Shown: positions 27,995 through 37,387, counted from the first letter of the stretch. The stretch is 64,000 nucleotides of DNA from a virus (IMGVR_UViG_3300028797_000148:1-64000), one strand, 5' to 3'. A program made the numbers and translations. The notes: generated by a model not told the origin, from the letters alone.

Positions 27995-28378
27995 ATGAGT
28001 GAGGCTGATTACTATCCCGCAGGCGCATACTCCGACCCAAACGCGCCATATAACGAGCCAATTATCCCCGAACGCGACTTCGACATTGACGTCGAGTTCG
28101 TAATGAGCAAGGCTGTTACGGTAACGACAAACGACTATGCACCCGAATACGATGATGAGGATGGGCGCGAATACACCAATACCGAAAACACGGATTGGGA
28201 GAAAGCATACGATAACAGCGGCCACCTTACGATAGCTGAAATGTTGCAGGAGCTTGAGTCTTATGTAAAGGATGATATGACGAAAACTGCGCCCAATTCG
28301 GGCAAAGGCCGTTATCTGCAACGTGTGTTGGAATCGTGCCAAGGCTGGGAGGTTAAAGAAAAAACTTTTGAATATTAG
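27995..28378 (+). CDS. Hypothetical acidic protein
   Basis: YYPAGAYSDPNAPYN N-terminus common in Bacteroidota phages. Confidence 0.7.
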   Translation: MSEADYYPAGAYSDPNAPYNEPIIPERDFDIDVEFVMSKAVTVTTNDYAPEYDDEDGREYTNTENTDWEKAYDNSGHLTIAEMLQELESYVKDDMTKTAPNSGKGRYLQRVLESCQGWEVKEKTFEY

Positions 28379-28382
28379 AAAT

Positions 28383-28628
28383 ATGAAACCTATTAAATTC
28401 AAGGAGGCAAACACCGTGTACGGTAAAGGCCAAGAAAGCTTAGAGGAACTGCCAGCGTTAAGATTTGACGACGGTGAGGTTGTATCGTGTTGGAAACTTT
28501 CTTTTTGGGAGGCGTTGCGCCTGCTTTTCACCCGCAGGGTGTGGTTATGTGTTGCAACATTCAACAATCCGTTACAGCCGACATACATGTCTACGCAAAG
28601 CAAGGATTTGTTTGTTCCTAACAAATAA
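28383..28628 (+). CDS. Hypothetical protein
   Basis: MKPIKFKEAN...LPA...SCWKLS motif. Confidence 0.65.
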   Translation: MKPIKFKEANTVYGKGQESLEELPALRFDDGEVVSCWKLSFWEALRLLFTRRVWLCVATFNNPLQPTYMSTQSKDLFVPNK

Positions 28629-28633
28629 GCCCT

Positions 28634-29059
28634 ATGGATTACGGCGACTACATAAACGGCCACATCGAAAGGATGGCGCAAGGTGGGTACAGCGGCCAAT
28701 TGACGGTCGAAGGTATCGACCTTTCGCCAATTGAGGCTCAGTTCTTTAAAAAGGATGGCGATATTTTCTGTTTCATCAAGCGCAAACCAATCATGCAGTA
28801 CAACCACGAAACGCAAAGCTACAGCACAAGGGAGCGCAAGCCTGCATTGCAGATATACATGAAGAAACAGATTAACCCCGACGGTGTGGTGGCCTTTGCT
28901 GGCGATTTTATGTTTATGCGGTTCAAGTTCAAGATTGAGGGCGTTTGGGATAAGATATTAGGCAAGGAAAAGCACCGCCTTAATCTTTTCGTGGAACGTC
29001 TGCCGTTATCAGAACAGACACTTTTGCTAAGTATCAACGAAAAAAAGCGTAAGGCATGA
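28634..29059 (+). CDS. Hypothetical protein
   Basis: 141-aa ORF. Confidence 0.65.
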   Translation: MDYGDYINGHIERMAQGGYSGQLTVEGIDLSPIEAQFFKKDGDIFCFIKRKPIMQYNHETQSYSTRERKPALQIYMKKQINPDGVVAFAGDFMFMRFKFKIEGVWDKILGKEKHRLNLFVERLPLSEQTLLLSINEKKRKA

Positions 29060-29547
29060 AAACCGATGAGCAGATAAAGAACGATTGGCAGAAACTCGAG
29101 ACGGAAAATATCGAGAAAGCCTGCGATTTATTGCGTCAGCATGAAAGCCGCATCGAGGATTACATGGCCGATATTGTTGCATCGCTGTGTAACGTGGATT
29201 GTGCCGAAATGCTGACTAATTCATCTGTTGCTTATTTGGCGCAGGCGCGTTGGCTGTATTGGTATGCCATCCGTTACATGACGAATGAAACATACGATAA
29301 GATTGCCATGCGTACAACAGCCAAAAGCGGCTGCAAGTTCACACCTAACGGTATAGGGCAAAGCATAAACAAGATGGCATTATTGGTAGCCCAAGAGCCC
29401 ATTTGGGTTAAACGCTGGACTATCATCAAGCACATCATCAAACTGCGGGATTCAAGCAAGCAGGCGTATCTGCCGCAGGAAACGGTCACTATATATGTTA
29501 CACCACCGAAAGGCGTAAAGGTAGAAATAAAATCCGATAAACAATAA
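29056..29547 (+). CDS. DnaA C-terminal-like HTH protein
   Basis: IVASLCNVDCAEML...AQARWLYWYAIRYMTNETYDKIA resembles DnaA domain IV. Confidence 0.55.
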   Translation: MKTDEQIKNDWQKLETENIEKACDLLRQHESRIEDYMADIVASLCNVDCAEMLTNSSVAYLAQARWLYWYAIRYMTNETYDKIAMRTTAKSGCKFTPNGIGQSINKMALLVAQEPIWVKRWTIIKHIIKLRDSSKQAYLPQETVTIYVTPPKGVKVEIKSDKQ

Positions 29548-29560
29548 AAATTTTTAAGTT

Positions 29561-29971
29561 ATGATTTACGAAACAACTGCACAATTTGTCGAGGTCGATA
29601 AGAACGGCAACGATAAAGTAAGAAAACAAAAGTTCATTGTTATGGATGCTGCCAATCACGGCGATGCCGAGGAGCAGACATTTGAGGAATGTGACGGGCA
29701 TACCGACCTTGATGTCGTGGCCGTTAAGCGTTCTAAAATCAAAGAGATTCTCAACAGCCGTTCCACCGATGAGGAGAAAATCTTCATTGCGCACGTCGTT
29801 GATGTTCAGATTGACGAAGAGGGCGAGGAAAAGGAGCTTGTTTACAAGATGGCCTTGTACGCATCATCATTCGATAAGGCACACAACTTTATGAACGAAT
29901 GGCTGAAGCAGGGCTACAACATGCGCCTCGACGGTGTTACCCGTACCAGCTTTGTAGATACCATCGGATAG
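29561..29971 (+). CDS. DUF4494-like protein
   Basis: DAANHGDAE...VAVKRSKIKEI pattern recalled from Bacteroidota proteins. Confidence 0.6.
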   Translation: MIYETTAQFVEVDKNGNDKVRKQKFIVMDAANHGDAEEQTFEECDGHTDLDVVAVKRSKIKEILNSRSTDEEKIFIAHVVDVQIDEEGEEKELVYKMALYASSFDKAHNFMNEWLKQGYNMRLDGVTRTSFVDTIG

Positions 29972-29976
29972 GCCGT

Positions 29977-30390
29977 ATGAAGTATTTCAACAAGAAAGTA
30001 AGATATGGCGGTTTCACGTTCGATTCAACAAAAGAGCGTGACCGTTATATCCTGCTTTCCAACATGGAAAAGAAAGGCATTATCCGCGACCTAACGCTGC
30101 AAAAGGAGTTTGAACTATTACCCAAGCAAACGCGCATCGAGATAGAACACAAGAAAACAAAAGATGTTCTGAAAGAGGTTTTTGACGAGCATCCCGTAAA
30201 GTATCATTGTGATTTCTATTATTTCGAGGTAAAGTCACAGAAATACGTTATCGAGGAGATAAAATCCAAGATTACGGAGCAGGTTCGCGACTATCCTTTG
30301 CGTAGAAAGCTTGTAAAGTTCAAGGTTCGGCAGATGAATAGGGAGGCTGGATATGATAAATACGTATTCCGTGAAATCATAATGAATTAA
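29977..30390 (+). CDS. DUF1064-like endonuclease
   Basis: KYFNKKV...FDSTKERDRY...LQKEFEL...Y.CDF...EEIKS. Confidence 0.8.
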   Translation: MKYFNKKVRYGGFTFDSTKERDRYILLSNMEKKGIIRDLTLQKEFELLPKQTRIEIEHKKTKDVLKEVFDEHPVKYHCDFYYFEVKSQKYVIEEIKSKITEQVRDYPLRRKLVKFKVRQMNREAGYDKYVFREIIMN

Positions 30391-30394
30391 CACT

Positions 30395-31024
30395 ATGCTA
30401 TCATACTTAGATACAAAGAACGTTCTTTTTACAAGGGGTATCAGCTTTGATGCAAAGCAGTATCTTTTCGTGGCGCAGGTCGTATTGGGCGAGGATGCGG
30501 CTACGGCGTATGCTATGGTCTACGACGCATCCAACTTTGCCCGTGAAATAGGCACGGAGGATGAGCAGGAATATATTGCAAAGTTCACCAAGCCTGCGGA
30601 GGTTATGCTCCAGCAGCAAGAGTGCGTGCATCTTAAAGACTACCTTGAAGATGCCTACCAAAGCGATATTCAAGCCAAGGCCAGCACGCTCGAAGACTAT
30701 AAGTTCAGCGGCGCGGACATCCAACAGCTGCTCGCAAACCTCCTGCATAACCGTGTTGGCGACAGCGGAAGTCTTGACGATGCAAGCGTAAAGGACGTTA
30801 TATCGCTTATCAAGATGATGTATGAGCAGGGCGCATTGGATTCGGGCGACAGCTTCCAAAAGCATTTCATACAGATTCACGACCCGTTTAACGCCTTGTG
30901 TACCAAATGCGGCCATGAGTTCGAGGCACATGCTGGTATTCATTGCAAATGCCCGCATTGCGGCCAAGTGTACCAATGGTCTGAGGACGAGCGGCGTTTT
31001 TATCCCGATATAGCCACATTGTAA
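30395..31024 (+). CDS. Hypothetical protein with C-terminal zinc ribbon
   Basis: CTKC...CKCPHC. Confidence 0.7.
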   Translation: MLSYLDTKNVLFTRGISFDAKQYLFVAQVVLGEDAATAYAMVYDASNFAREIGTEDEQEYIAKFTKPAEVMLQQQECVHLKDYLEDAYQSDIQAKASTLEDYKFSGADIQQLLANLLHNRVGDSGSLDDASVKDVISLIKMMYEQGALDSGDSFQKHFIQIHDPFNALCTKCGHEFEAHAGIHCKCPHCGQVYQWSEDERRFYPDIATL

Positions 31025-31035
31025 AACAGCGAAAC

Positions 31036-31437
31036 ATGGCAAAGGTAAAATACATTCCATGCGACATCTATAAACGTGGCATTTCAATATTCTTTGGCTC
31101 GATAAAAGAGTTTAAGGCTTGGGTTAAGAGCGAATACACGGATGGAACTGATAAAGGCTTTGCGGAAATGGTTGAAAAACTTGATGAAAATAATGTCGGT
31201 ATGGCATCTTTCAACTATAACAACCAAGACGGTCAAGGCGTTGTCCTTATTCCCAAATATCCGAGCAACCCGAAAGAATACGCTGCGTTGGCACACGAAT
31301 TGTTACATGCAACATTCCATGTGCTTAACTTTTGCCATGTAGAATATTCTTACGATGGCAATAACGAAAGCTTTACATATCTGCTGGAACACCTAACAAG
31401 GTGGGCTTTGGAAAAGGACGGTTATGAAAATGTATAA
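31036..31437 (+). CDS. HExxH zincin-like protein
   Basis: AHELLH...NESFTYL. Confidence 0.65.
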   Translation: MAKVKYIPCDIYKRGISIFFGSIKEFKAWVKSEYTDGTDKGFAEMVEKLDENNVGMASFNYNNQDGQGVVLIPKYPSNPKEYAALAHELLHATFHVLNFCHVEYSYDGNNESFTYLLEHLTRWALEKDGYENV

Positions 31438-31457
31438 TAAAAAATGAAGAAAGCATT

Positions 31458-32123
31458 ATGAAAGAATTGTTACCAAGAGAAAGGGCGTTTAAGGTTGTTT
31501 GTACCAACGACCGTAATGAAGACCAAGATTTATTTGGTTTCTATCCGAGTGCCAAGTTCGCAAGCAGGGCTATCCCATTGCTTAAAGAGCAGTACCGCGA
31601 CTGGATAGAGCGATGTTTCGGCGAGCTTATCGTAAAGCCTACAGACCCCGCCATGATTACCCGTCCCGTATGCACGGATTACGAGCACTATAACCGTGCG
31701 CTTATCCCAAACGAGGAATGGCAGCGCGTGATAAAAAGCGATGCTGCCGCTGAGATTTGCAGTAACAACATGACATGCGGCTATGGCTTTTACTACAAAC
31801 TTTCACAGATGATTAACAAGGAATGGACGGTCGTGGATATTGGCTGTGCCTATAATCCGCAGAGCTATCTTTTCCAAAACCATGCCCGTTTTATAGCCGT
31901 TAATCCCGAATGGCGCGACAGCGATTTCCACTTTGAGCATTTCCAAGCACCAAAGACGGAGTTCTATTCCATGACGGGGCAGACGTTTATCAAGGAAAAG
32001 CTCGAAGAGTTAAATCTCGACATGTCCCGTACATTCGCCATCTGCAACTACGTACCCGATGAATCATGCCAACAATGGGTGCGCGAATATTTCAAGAATG
32101 TTTGGTGTTACTATCCCGCATAA
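31458..32123 (+). CDS. SAM-dependent methyltransferase-like protein
   Basis: VVDIGCAYNPQ motif-I-like segment in the C-terminal half. Confidence 0.45.
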   Translation: MKELLPRERAFKVVCTNDRNEDQDLFGFYPSAKFASRAIPLLKEQYRDWIERCFGELIVKPTDPAMITRPVCTDYEHYNRALIPNEEWQRVIKSDAAAEICSNNMTCGYGFYYKLSQMINKEWTVVDIGCAYNPQSYLFQNHARFIAVNPEWRDSDFHFEHFQAPKTEFYSMTGQTFIKEKLEELNLDMSRTFAICNYVPDESCQQWVREYFKNVWCYYPA

Positions 32124-32127
32124 GATT

Positions 32128-32373
32128 ATGAAAACAAAACTTAACGACAACGAGGTAAAGGAAATCGTGAAAATGCAGCAAAAGATAGATTCCTACGAGG
32201 GGTTTATCCGTGCCGCGTTCATCATGGCTAAATCGGGAAAGCATGTGAACTATCCTATGTTCGCGCATACCGAATTTGCAGACGAGATGAATTTCATTTG
32301 GAAAACCATAAAAGAAAAGTGTGTAGGCAATGAGGGTACGCAAGATAGCAAAGCAACTAAAGCTGTTCCATAA
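32128..32373 (+). CDS. Hypothetical protein
   Basis: Start taken at MKTKLND. Confidence 0.5.
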   Translation: MKTKLNDNEVKEIVKMQQKIDSYEGFIRAAFIMAKSGKHVNYPMFAHTEFADEMNFIWKTIKEKCVGNEGTQDSKATKAVP

Positions 32374-32599
32374 GAACGTAACATTTGACAAGGAGGGCTA
32401 TCCCGTTTGTAAATACAAGATAGCAAACCATTCCGCGAAAACGGACTACATAATGCGAATGACAAGAAAGCATTATTTCGGCCTTGCAAAGAAACACGAC
32501 CCAAACAGCATGATAGGCAAGCTATATATCCATAACGCTTGCAGCCCGTACCTTTACGAGGAGATAATGGAGTTTTGGGGAATGAACTTGTACGAATAA
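32330..32599 (+). CDS. Hypothetical basic protein
   Basis: Last ORF of the + strand block. Confidence 0.5.
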   Translation: MRVRKIAKQLKLFHKNVTFDKEGYPVCKYKIANHSAKTDYIMRMTRKHYFGLAKKHDPNSMIGKLYIHNACSPYLYEEIMEFWGMNLYE

Positions 32600-32610
32600 A
32601 GCATAAGATT

Positions 32611-32655
32611 AGCCGCTAACGTGGTTTTTAAGCCCGCTAACGGCTTTTCTTTTTG
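32611..32655 (+). terminator. Candidate terminator at the convergent junction
   Basis: AGCCG...CGGCT imperfect stem followed by TTTCTTTTTG. Confidence 0.4.
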
Positions 32656-32711
32656 TTTTGATACACTTTACCGACCTGCGATGAAAAACGCGCTTAAAAC
32701 GCCTAAAAACA

Positions 32712-33098
32712 TTATCTGCACGGCTCGCCTATCTCCTCTACCGCACATTTGGTTATGTAACCCGTAAGATATGCCGCATCCTCACCATCCCAATCAACAC
32801 CGTAGTACTCGATAATCGCGTCGGCTACGTGCTTTATTTCGTGGATTAGCGTAGACCAAAACTCGCTTGGTGATGTGGCCTTGCTTACAAATATGGCCGA
32901 CATGCGTATATCTGCGTTCGATACGGCCATACCCGTATTGTAGTTTGATAGAATCTTCAAAGCCCTGCCTGCGTTCCTATCCGACATGCCAAAGCTGCGC
33001 ATTATAGCCCAAAGGTCGTCGTAATCGGTAATATCATATCCGCAATTCACGATGATACCCCAGCGACCGTCGACATCTATGTATTTCGTTTCAATCAT
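32712..33098 (-). CDS. HExxH zincin-like protein
   Basis: IHEIKH...EDAAYL. Confidence 0.65.
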   Translation of the reverse strand: MIETKYIDVDGRWGIIVNCGYDITDYDDLWAIMRSFGMSDRNAGRALKILSNYNTGMAVSNADIRMSAIFVSKATSPSEFWSTLIHEIKHVADAIIEYYGVDWDGEDAAYLTGYITKCAVEEIGEPCR

Positions 33099-33104
33099 AA
33101 AGCC

Positions 33105-33533
33105 CTACCATGCTGAGTGTATCATACTCTCCCAAAATATAACAACGCCCTTACCGCCACAATCGGCAAGGAAACGGTTAAATACAAGCCCTTCATAACC
33201 GTCGGGGTCGCAGATAACATCTTCGATATAGCGAGCCATGTGCTCTTCGTCCTCGATACTGCTGCCCCAATAGTCGGCCTTAACCATGTTTGCCAAGTAC
33301 AATGCGTCGTATTGCTCGTTTGTGTCAATGTTCACGCTGTACTTTTCAAGCATAGCCTTTAACTCCCCCATCGTAAACGGTGTTATACGTTTGATAACGC
33401 CCGTTTGCTTATCTTCCCTTTTCATCTTACTAACGGCAAACTCGCAAAGCAGCTTATTGAAATGCGTGCCGTAATACGAAAGATACTGCTGCATATCTTC
33501 GGGAATCAAATAGTTCATCATTGTATTTGCCAT
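33105..33533 (-). CDS. Conserved hypothetical phage protein
   Basis: YGTHFNKLLCEFAVSKM...YLANMVKADYWGSS...DPDGY motifs. Confidence 0.75.
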   Translation of the reverse strand: MANTMMNYLIPEDMQQYLSYYGTHFNKLLCEFAVSKMKREDKQTGVIKRITPFTMGELKAMLEKYSVNIDTNEQYDALYLANMVKADYWGSSIEDEEHMARYIEDVICDPDGYEGLVFNRFLADCGGKGVVIFWESMIHSAW

Positions 33534-33687
33534 AATCTGTTAATTTTTTCCGATTTCTTTTACACGTTTCAAGAATATGTTAAATTTCTTGCTAATTCTT
33601 GCTAATTCTTTCAAGACTTGCAAGAATTGGAAAGAACTTGAAAGGATTGGATAAGGCAAATGCGCATACCCAACCCTTTTGTTCTAT

Positions 33688-33918
33688 CTACACGAAACGG
33701 CCTCGACTGTCACGACTGCGACGAAACTCCTCATCCATGTCGTTCTCGCTGTCCTCCCATCCGTGTTTGTAACCCATGCGGTAGCCTTGTTCGTATTCGT
33801 CGCCACGCATCATAGGCGAATAGCCATCGTGACGGTAGCCGCCACGCATCGAACGGCGCATTTGCTGACGCATCTTGCCGCCGCCCTCACTTTCCTTGTC
33901 TACAAAAATATATCCCAT
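33688..33918 (-). CDS. Small Arg/Gly-rich protein
   Basis: YEQGYRMGYKHG...RRSRDSRGRFV. Confidence 0.7.
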   Translation of the reverse strand: MGYIFVDKESEGGGKMRQQMRRSMRGGYRHDGYSPMMRGDEYEQGYRMGYKHGWEDSENDMDEEFRRSRDSRGRFV

Positions 33919-33945
33919 AGTCGTATTTGTTTTTAATGGAAAACA

Positions 33946-34491
33946 TTAGCCTTGAGACTTTCCTCCCGAACCGTTCAGTTGGCGTAGGATGGCGAGCATT
34001 TCGGAATTTTGCGCTTTTAGTTCTGCAAGCTGTGCATCTTGAGCCTTTTGCTTTTCCTGCAAAGACTGAATGACGCGTGCGTTTTGCTTATTTTCTGCAT
34101 ATTGCGGATTAAGCACCTCAAGCATCTTTTCCGATTCCGAGATAACGCTTTTGTGAAACGGCACTTGCTCTATCGCTTTTTTTGATGTCTGCAACATCGC
34201 ATCAACCGCTTGCAACATTGCTTCGCGGCTACCGCTAAACGTATCATTACCTCTTGCTGCGATTTCGACATTTATAGGAATCTCCGCAAATGTTTCGTCT
34301 TTGCCATTTATTGTTGCCACGATGTCAATAACCTGCTGCATCTGCATACCAGTCATAACATTTGGTGTTTGCGTTGGAAACTTGGCACGCGGCTGAGATT
34401 TTGTCTTAACCACGCCAACCTCCAAAACGGGCTTTTCGCCGCGTCTCAAAACGTAGAAGGGATTACCACTCCCAAGACTATTGAAATCCAT
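33946..34491 (-). CDS. Conserved hypothetical phage protein
   Basis: 181-aa ORF with C-terminal coiled coil. Confidence 0.75.
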   Translation of the reverse strand: MDFNSLGSGNPFYVLRRGEKPVLEVGVVKTKSQPRAKFPTQTPNVMTGMQMQQVIDIVATINGKDETFAEIPINVEIAARGNDTFSGSREAMLQAVDAMLQTSKKAIEQVPFHKSVISESEKMLEVLNPQYAENKQNARVIQSLQEKQKAQDAQLAELKAQNSEMLAILRQLNGSGGKSQG

Positions 34492-34517
34492 GTTGTTTTG
34501 TTTTTATAAGTTATTAA

Positions 34518-34853
34518 TTAAACTACGGTACGTGACATAAGAGCCAATATGCCGTTAAACCTATCGTTAAAGATAAGCATTACGTTAGTTCCAAGCACGT
34601 CCGCAACCGTTACGGCAGTTCCGTTAGGTAGTGTTAGCGGCCTTGTTACGCCGTTAAGTGTAAGCGTAATAGGCAATGACGTGGTCGCATCCGATGGGAT
34701 AGCGTTCTCCATACGGATAGTCAAATATCCGATTGGCTGAATACGCCGCCAGCCGAGTGCAATATTAACCGCATCTGTACCTACGGTAACTTGTGTGTTC
34801 GCGATGTAAGGCTGACCACCAGCATTGATGGTAATGTTTGCACACCCATTCAT
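34518..34853 (-). CDS. Conserved hypothetical beta-rich protein
   Basis: 111-aa ORF. Confidence 0.7.
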   Translation of the reverse strand: MNGCANITINAGGQPYIANTQVTVGTDAVNIALGWRRIQPIGYLTIRMENAIPSDATTSLPITLTLNGVTRPLTLPNGTAVTVADVLGTNVMLIFNDRFNGILALMSRTVV

Positions 34854-34879
34854 ACCTTTAACCTCCTATGCCTTAATCG

Positions 34880-35830
34880 TTAAAATACAAAGTTGTTGCC
34901 ACCGAAACCGTTGCCGTAGAAACCACCCATGTACGGAGTAGAATTAACTACTTGTAAGTTGGGGTATTGTACGGGTACGGTGTTTGGCATCTTGTTCTTG
35001 ATGTCGTCCACTTGGTTCTGAATGCCTGCGAGCTGACCAAGGATAGGTGCAACGGCCTGCTGAACGACGCCAGTAGTGAAGTTTTGTGACTTCAACGTGG
35101 CGACCTCGGCGGTCAATGCCGTAATCTCACGGTCTTTGCGGTTGGATTCCATTTGGTCGAGCTTGTTGTCAAGCGCAAGATAGTTGCGGTTCATCGTGTC
35201 GGTCAAAGCGTATGTCTGTTGACACATCGCCAATTGGTCGGCTGCGGCCTTTGCGTCTACCTTGTTGCCAACGCCGTTGATTGCGTTTTGCAAGGTGTTC
35301 GTTTGCTGACAAGTAGCAAGCTGTTGGTCGCAACAACACTTTTGGAAAGTGCTTATGATGTTTGCGTCGCCGCTTTGAATTGAATTGATGATTTGCGGTA
35401 CGCTTACGGCTTGCTGCAATGCCAATGTCTGCAATGCGTTCTGAACCGTCTGCACGCCTTGATTGACAAGGTTGAAGTCTTGGCCAAGCATCGTTGACAA
35501 AGTTTGGATTGCCGTGCGCGATGCCTCGCCTTGGTTCGTGATTGCATTCATGATAAGCTCACGACCCGAATCGTTCGACAACTGATTAGCCAAGAAAGCC
35601 GCGCCTGAGTTTCCTCCGCCAAAGCCTCCATTGCCAAATCCGCCACCGTTCCAGCCGAACATTGAAGCAATGATAGCAAGTCCAAATAAATCAGCAATCC
35701 CGTTCATGCCGTAGCCGCCGAAACCGCCGAATCCACCCATTCCAAAACCACCGATGGGAATTGAAAACGGAATGTTACCAAAGCCGCTATTACCGTTTCC
35801 GTTCTCGGGTAATTGATAAATTTCTGCCAT
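34880..35830 (-). CDS. Gly-rich membrane-anchored coiled-coil protein
   Basis: GGFG repeats, hydrophobic segment, CC motifs, Q/N-rich helices. Confidence 0.8.
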   Translation of the reverse strand: MAEIYQLPENGNGNSGFGNIPFSIPIGGFGMGGFGGFGGYGMNGIADLFGLAIIASMFGWNGGGFGNGGFGGGNSGAAFLANQLSNDSGRELIMNAITNQGEASRTAIQTLSTMLGQDFNLVNQGVQTVQNALQTLALQQAVSVPQIINSIQSGDANIISTFQKCCCDQQLATCQQTNTLQNAINGVGNKVDAKAAADQLAMCQQTYALTDTMNRNYLALDNKLDQMESNRKDREITALTAEVATLKSQNFTTGVVQQAVAPILGQLAGIQNQVDDIKNKMPNTVPVQYPNLQVVNSTPYMGGFYGNGFGGNNFVF

Positions 35831-35899
35831 TGTTATTTTCCTTTCTTTTCTTTGTTAAACTTGTTGTTAATTCAAACCGTGTTGTAACGTTACACGGTG

Positions 35900-35930
35900 C
35901 AAATTTACATCGTAAGAAAAGAAAGACAAA
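35900..35930 (-). promoter_or_regulatory. Promoter for the 35830-32712 cassette
   Basis: Minus strand: TTTG (35930-27), 19-nt spacer, TAAATTTG (35907-00). Confidence 0.7.
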
Positions 35931-36018
35931 GCGGGACTTACATAAGTCCGCTTATATAATATAACGCATTGATAATCAACGTGTTATATAAACAAAATCA
36001 CCAAAACAAAAATTTTTT

Positions 36019-37296
36019 CTATGGATTATCCGATATAAAAGGCTGTGTATCAACGGGTATCTCTATGCCAGCCAGCTCAAAATTTATCGGGTCTTTCATG
36101 TAATACACCTTTGGATAATCGTCAACACAGCCCGTCCGTTTCGTGTTACGCAAAAGATGGATGCTTTCGTAGTGGCCTTTTACGTAAATCTTTGACCATA
36201 TTTCGGGTGAAATCATACCTATAAGCTTGCGACGTATGTGGTACGTATCATATTGTCGCATAACACCAAGGTAGCTGTTTATGCTTTGCATGTTATGCAC
36301 CAGCTTCTTGTGCGATGTGGAAAAGTTGTTTAGGCGGTATATGGCGTCGTAGGCGTTTCTTACGGTACGAACACCGACGTATGTGCGATATGGCTTAACA
36401 ACCGCACCTATAAACGCCACACCCTTTGTATAGTGCTGGAAATAGAATTTGTCGGGATGCAGGTAAACATGCAGGTAAAGGCTCAAGAAACGCCGTATCT
36501 TTTCCATGTCCTTGAGCATTTTCTGCTTTTCCTCTTCCGTTTCGCAAACGGCCATGAAATACCCGTCGTCCACATACCGACCGTGATATTTGTACCCAAG
36601 CTTTTCTATGTGAACATCAAGCCAATGCAAAAGGAAATTGGCATTATGCTGGCTCGGCAGATTACCTATTGGCAATCCAAGACCTGCACCGTTTGTAAAT
36701 AATGATTTGTTCTTTGGCAATTGCCTCCATAATTCATCGGGGCTATGCCTGCGGCAGTCCTTTTCGGGCTCATGCAGCATAACCACCTCACTAAGCCAAA
36801 GAATATCCTCCTTATCCTCGCCGAAATAGTTGTCCTTGATGAACTGCAAGAGCATCTTGTTAAGCAGCTGCACATCAATAGACATAAAGAATCCCTGCAA
36901 GTCGAATTTGGCTATCCAAACATCTTTCGTGTAACCCTCGCTACATTCGTACATATCCTTTTCCAATTGCGCCACACCGTACATTACGCCCTTACCCTTG
37001 CGGCAGTTGAATGTCCTATCTGTGAACAGCTTCTCGAGCAAAGGCTCTACACGCATGGCGATATAGTGATGCACGATTCTATCGCGAAATCCCGCAGCGA
37101 ACACCTCCCGCAGTTTCGGTTTCGTAACCACAAAGGCGATGCTTGTTGATGGTCGGTAAGTTCGGGCGTTTATCTCATCAGCCAATCTAAGTAAATCCCG
37201 CTGATAATCGGGGAAATACTTTATATAAGATGGCGATGATGCCTTGTGAATCTTACAAATTTGGAATGCCTCAAATAAGTATTCATCCCTTACCAT
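36019..37296 (-). CDS. DGR reverse transcriptase
   Basis: FRDRIVH, GLPIGNLPSQ (DGR-type GxxxSQ), YVDD active site; adjacent TR and Avd. Confidence 0.96.
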   Translation of the reverse strand: MVRDEYLFEAFQICKIHKASSPSYIKYFPDYQRDLLRLADEINARTYRPSTSIAFVVTKPKLREVFAAGFRDRIVHHYIAMRVEPLLEKLFTDRTFNCRKGKGVMYGVAQLEKDMYECSEGYTKDVWIAKFDLQGFFMSIDVQLLNKMLLQFIKDNYFGEDKEDILWLSEVVMLHEPEKDCRRHSPDELWRQLPKNKSLFTNGAGLGLPIGNLPSQHNANFLLHWLDVHIEKLGYKYHGRYVDDGYFMAVCETEEEKQKMLKDMEKIRRFLSLYLHVYLHPDKFYFQHYTKGVAFIGAVVKPYRTYVGVRTVRNAYDAIYRLNNFSTSHKKLVHNMQSINSYLGVMRQYDTYHIRRKLIGMISPEIWSKIYVKGHYESIHLLRNTKRTGCVDDYPKVYYMKDPINFELAGIEIPVDTQPFISDNP

Positions 37297-37387
37297 AGCA
37301 CAAAAATATATTCCGTTATATACCGTCTATTATACCATTCCAATATTGGAGCGCAAACTTTATTTATTGTCTTGTGTATTCTATCAG

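Noticed and set aside
36019-37296. RT as a group II intron, retron or Abi RT
   Set aside because: Adjacent TR/VR pair with A-only mismatches, Avd and the GxxxSQ motif identify a DGR RT.
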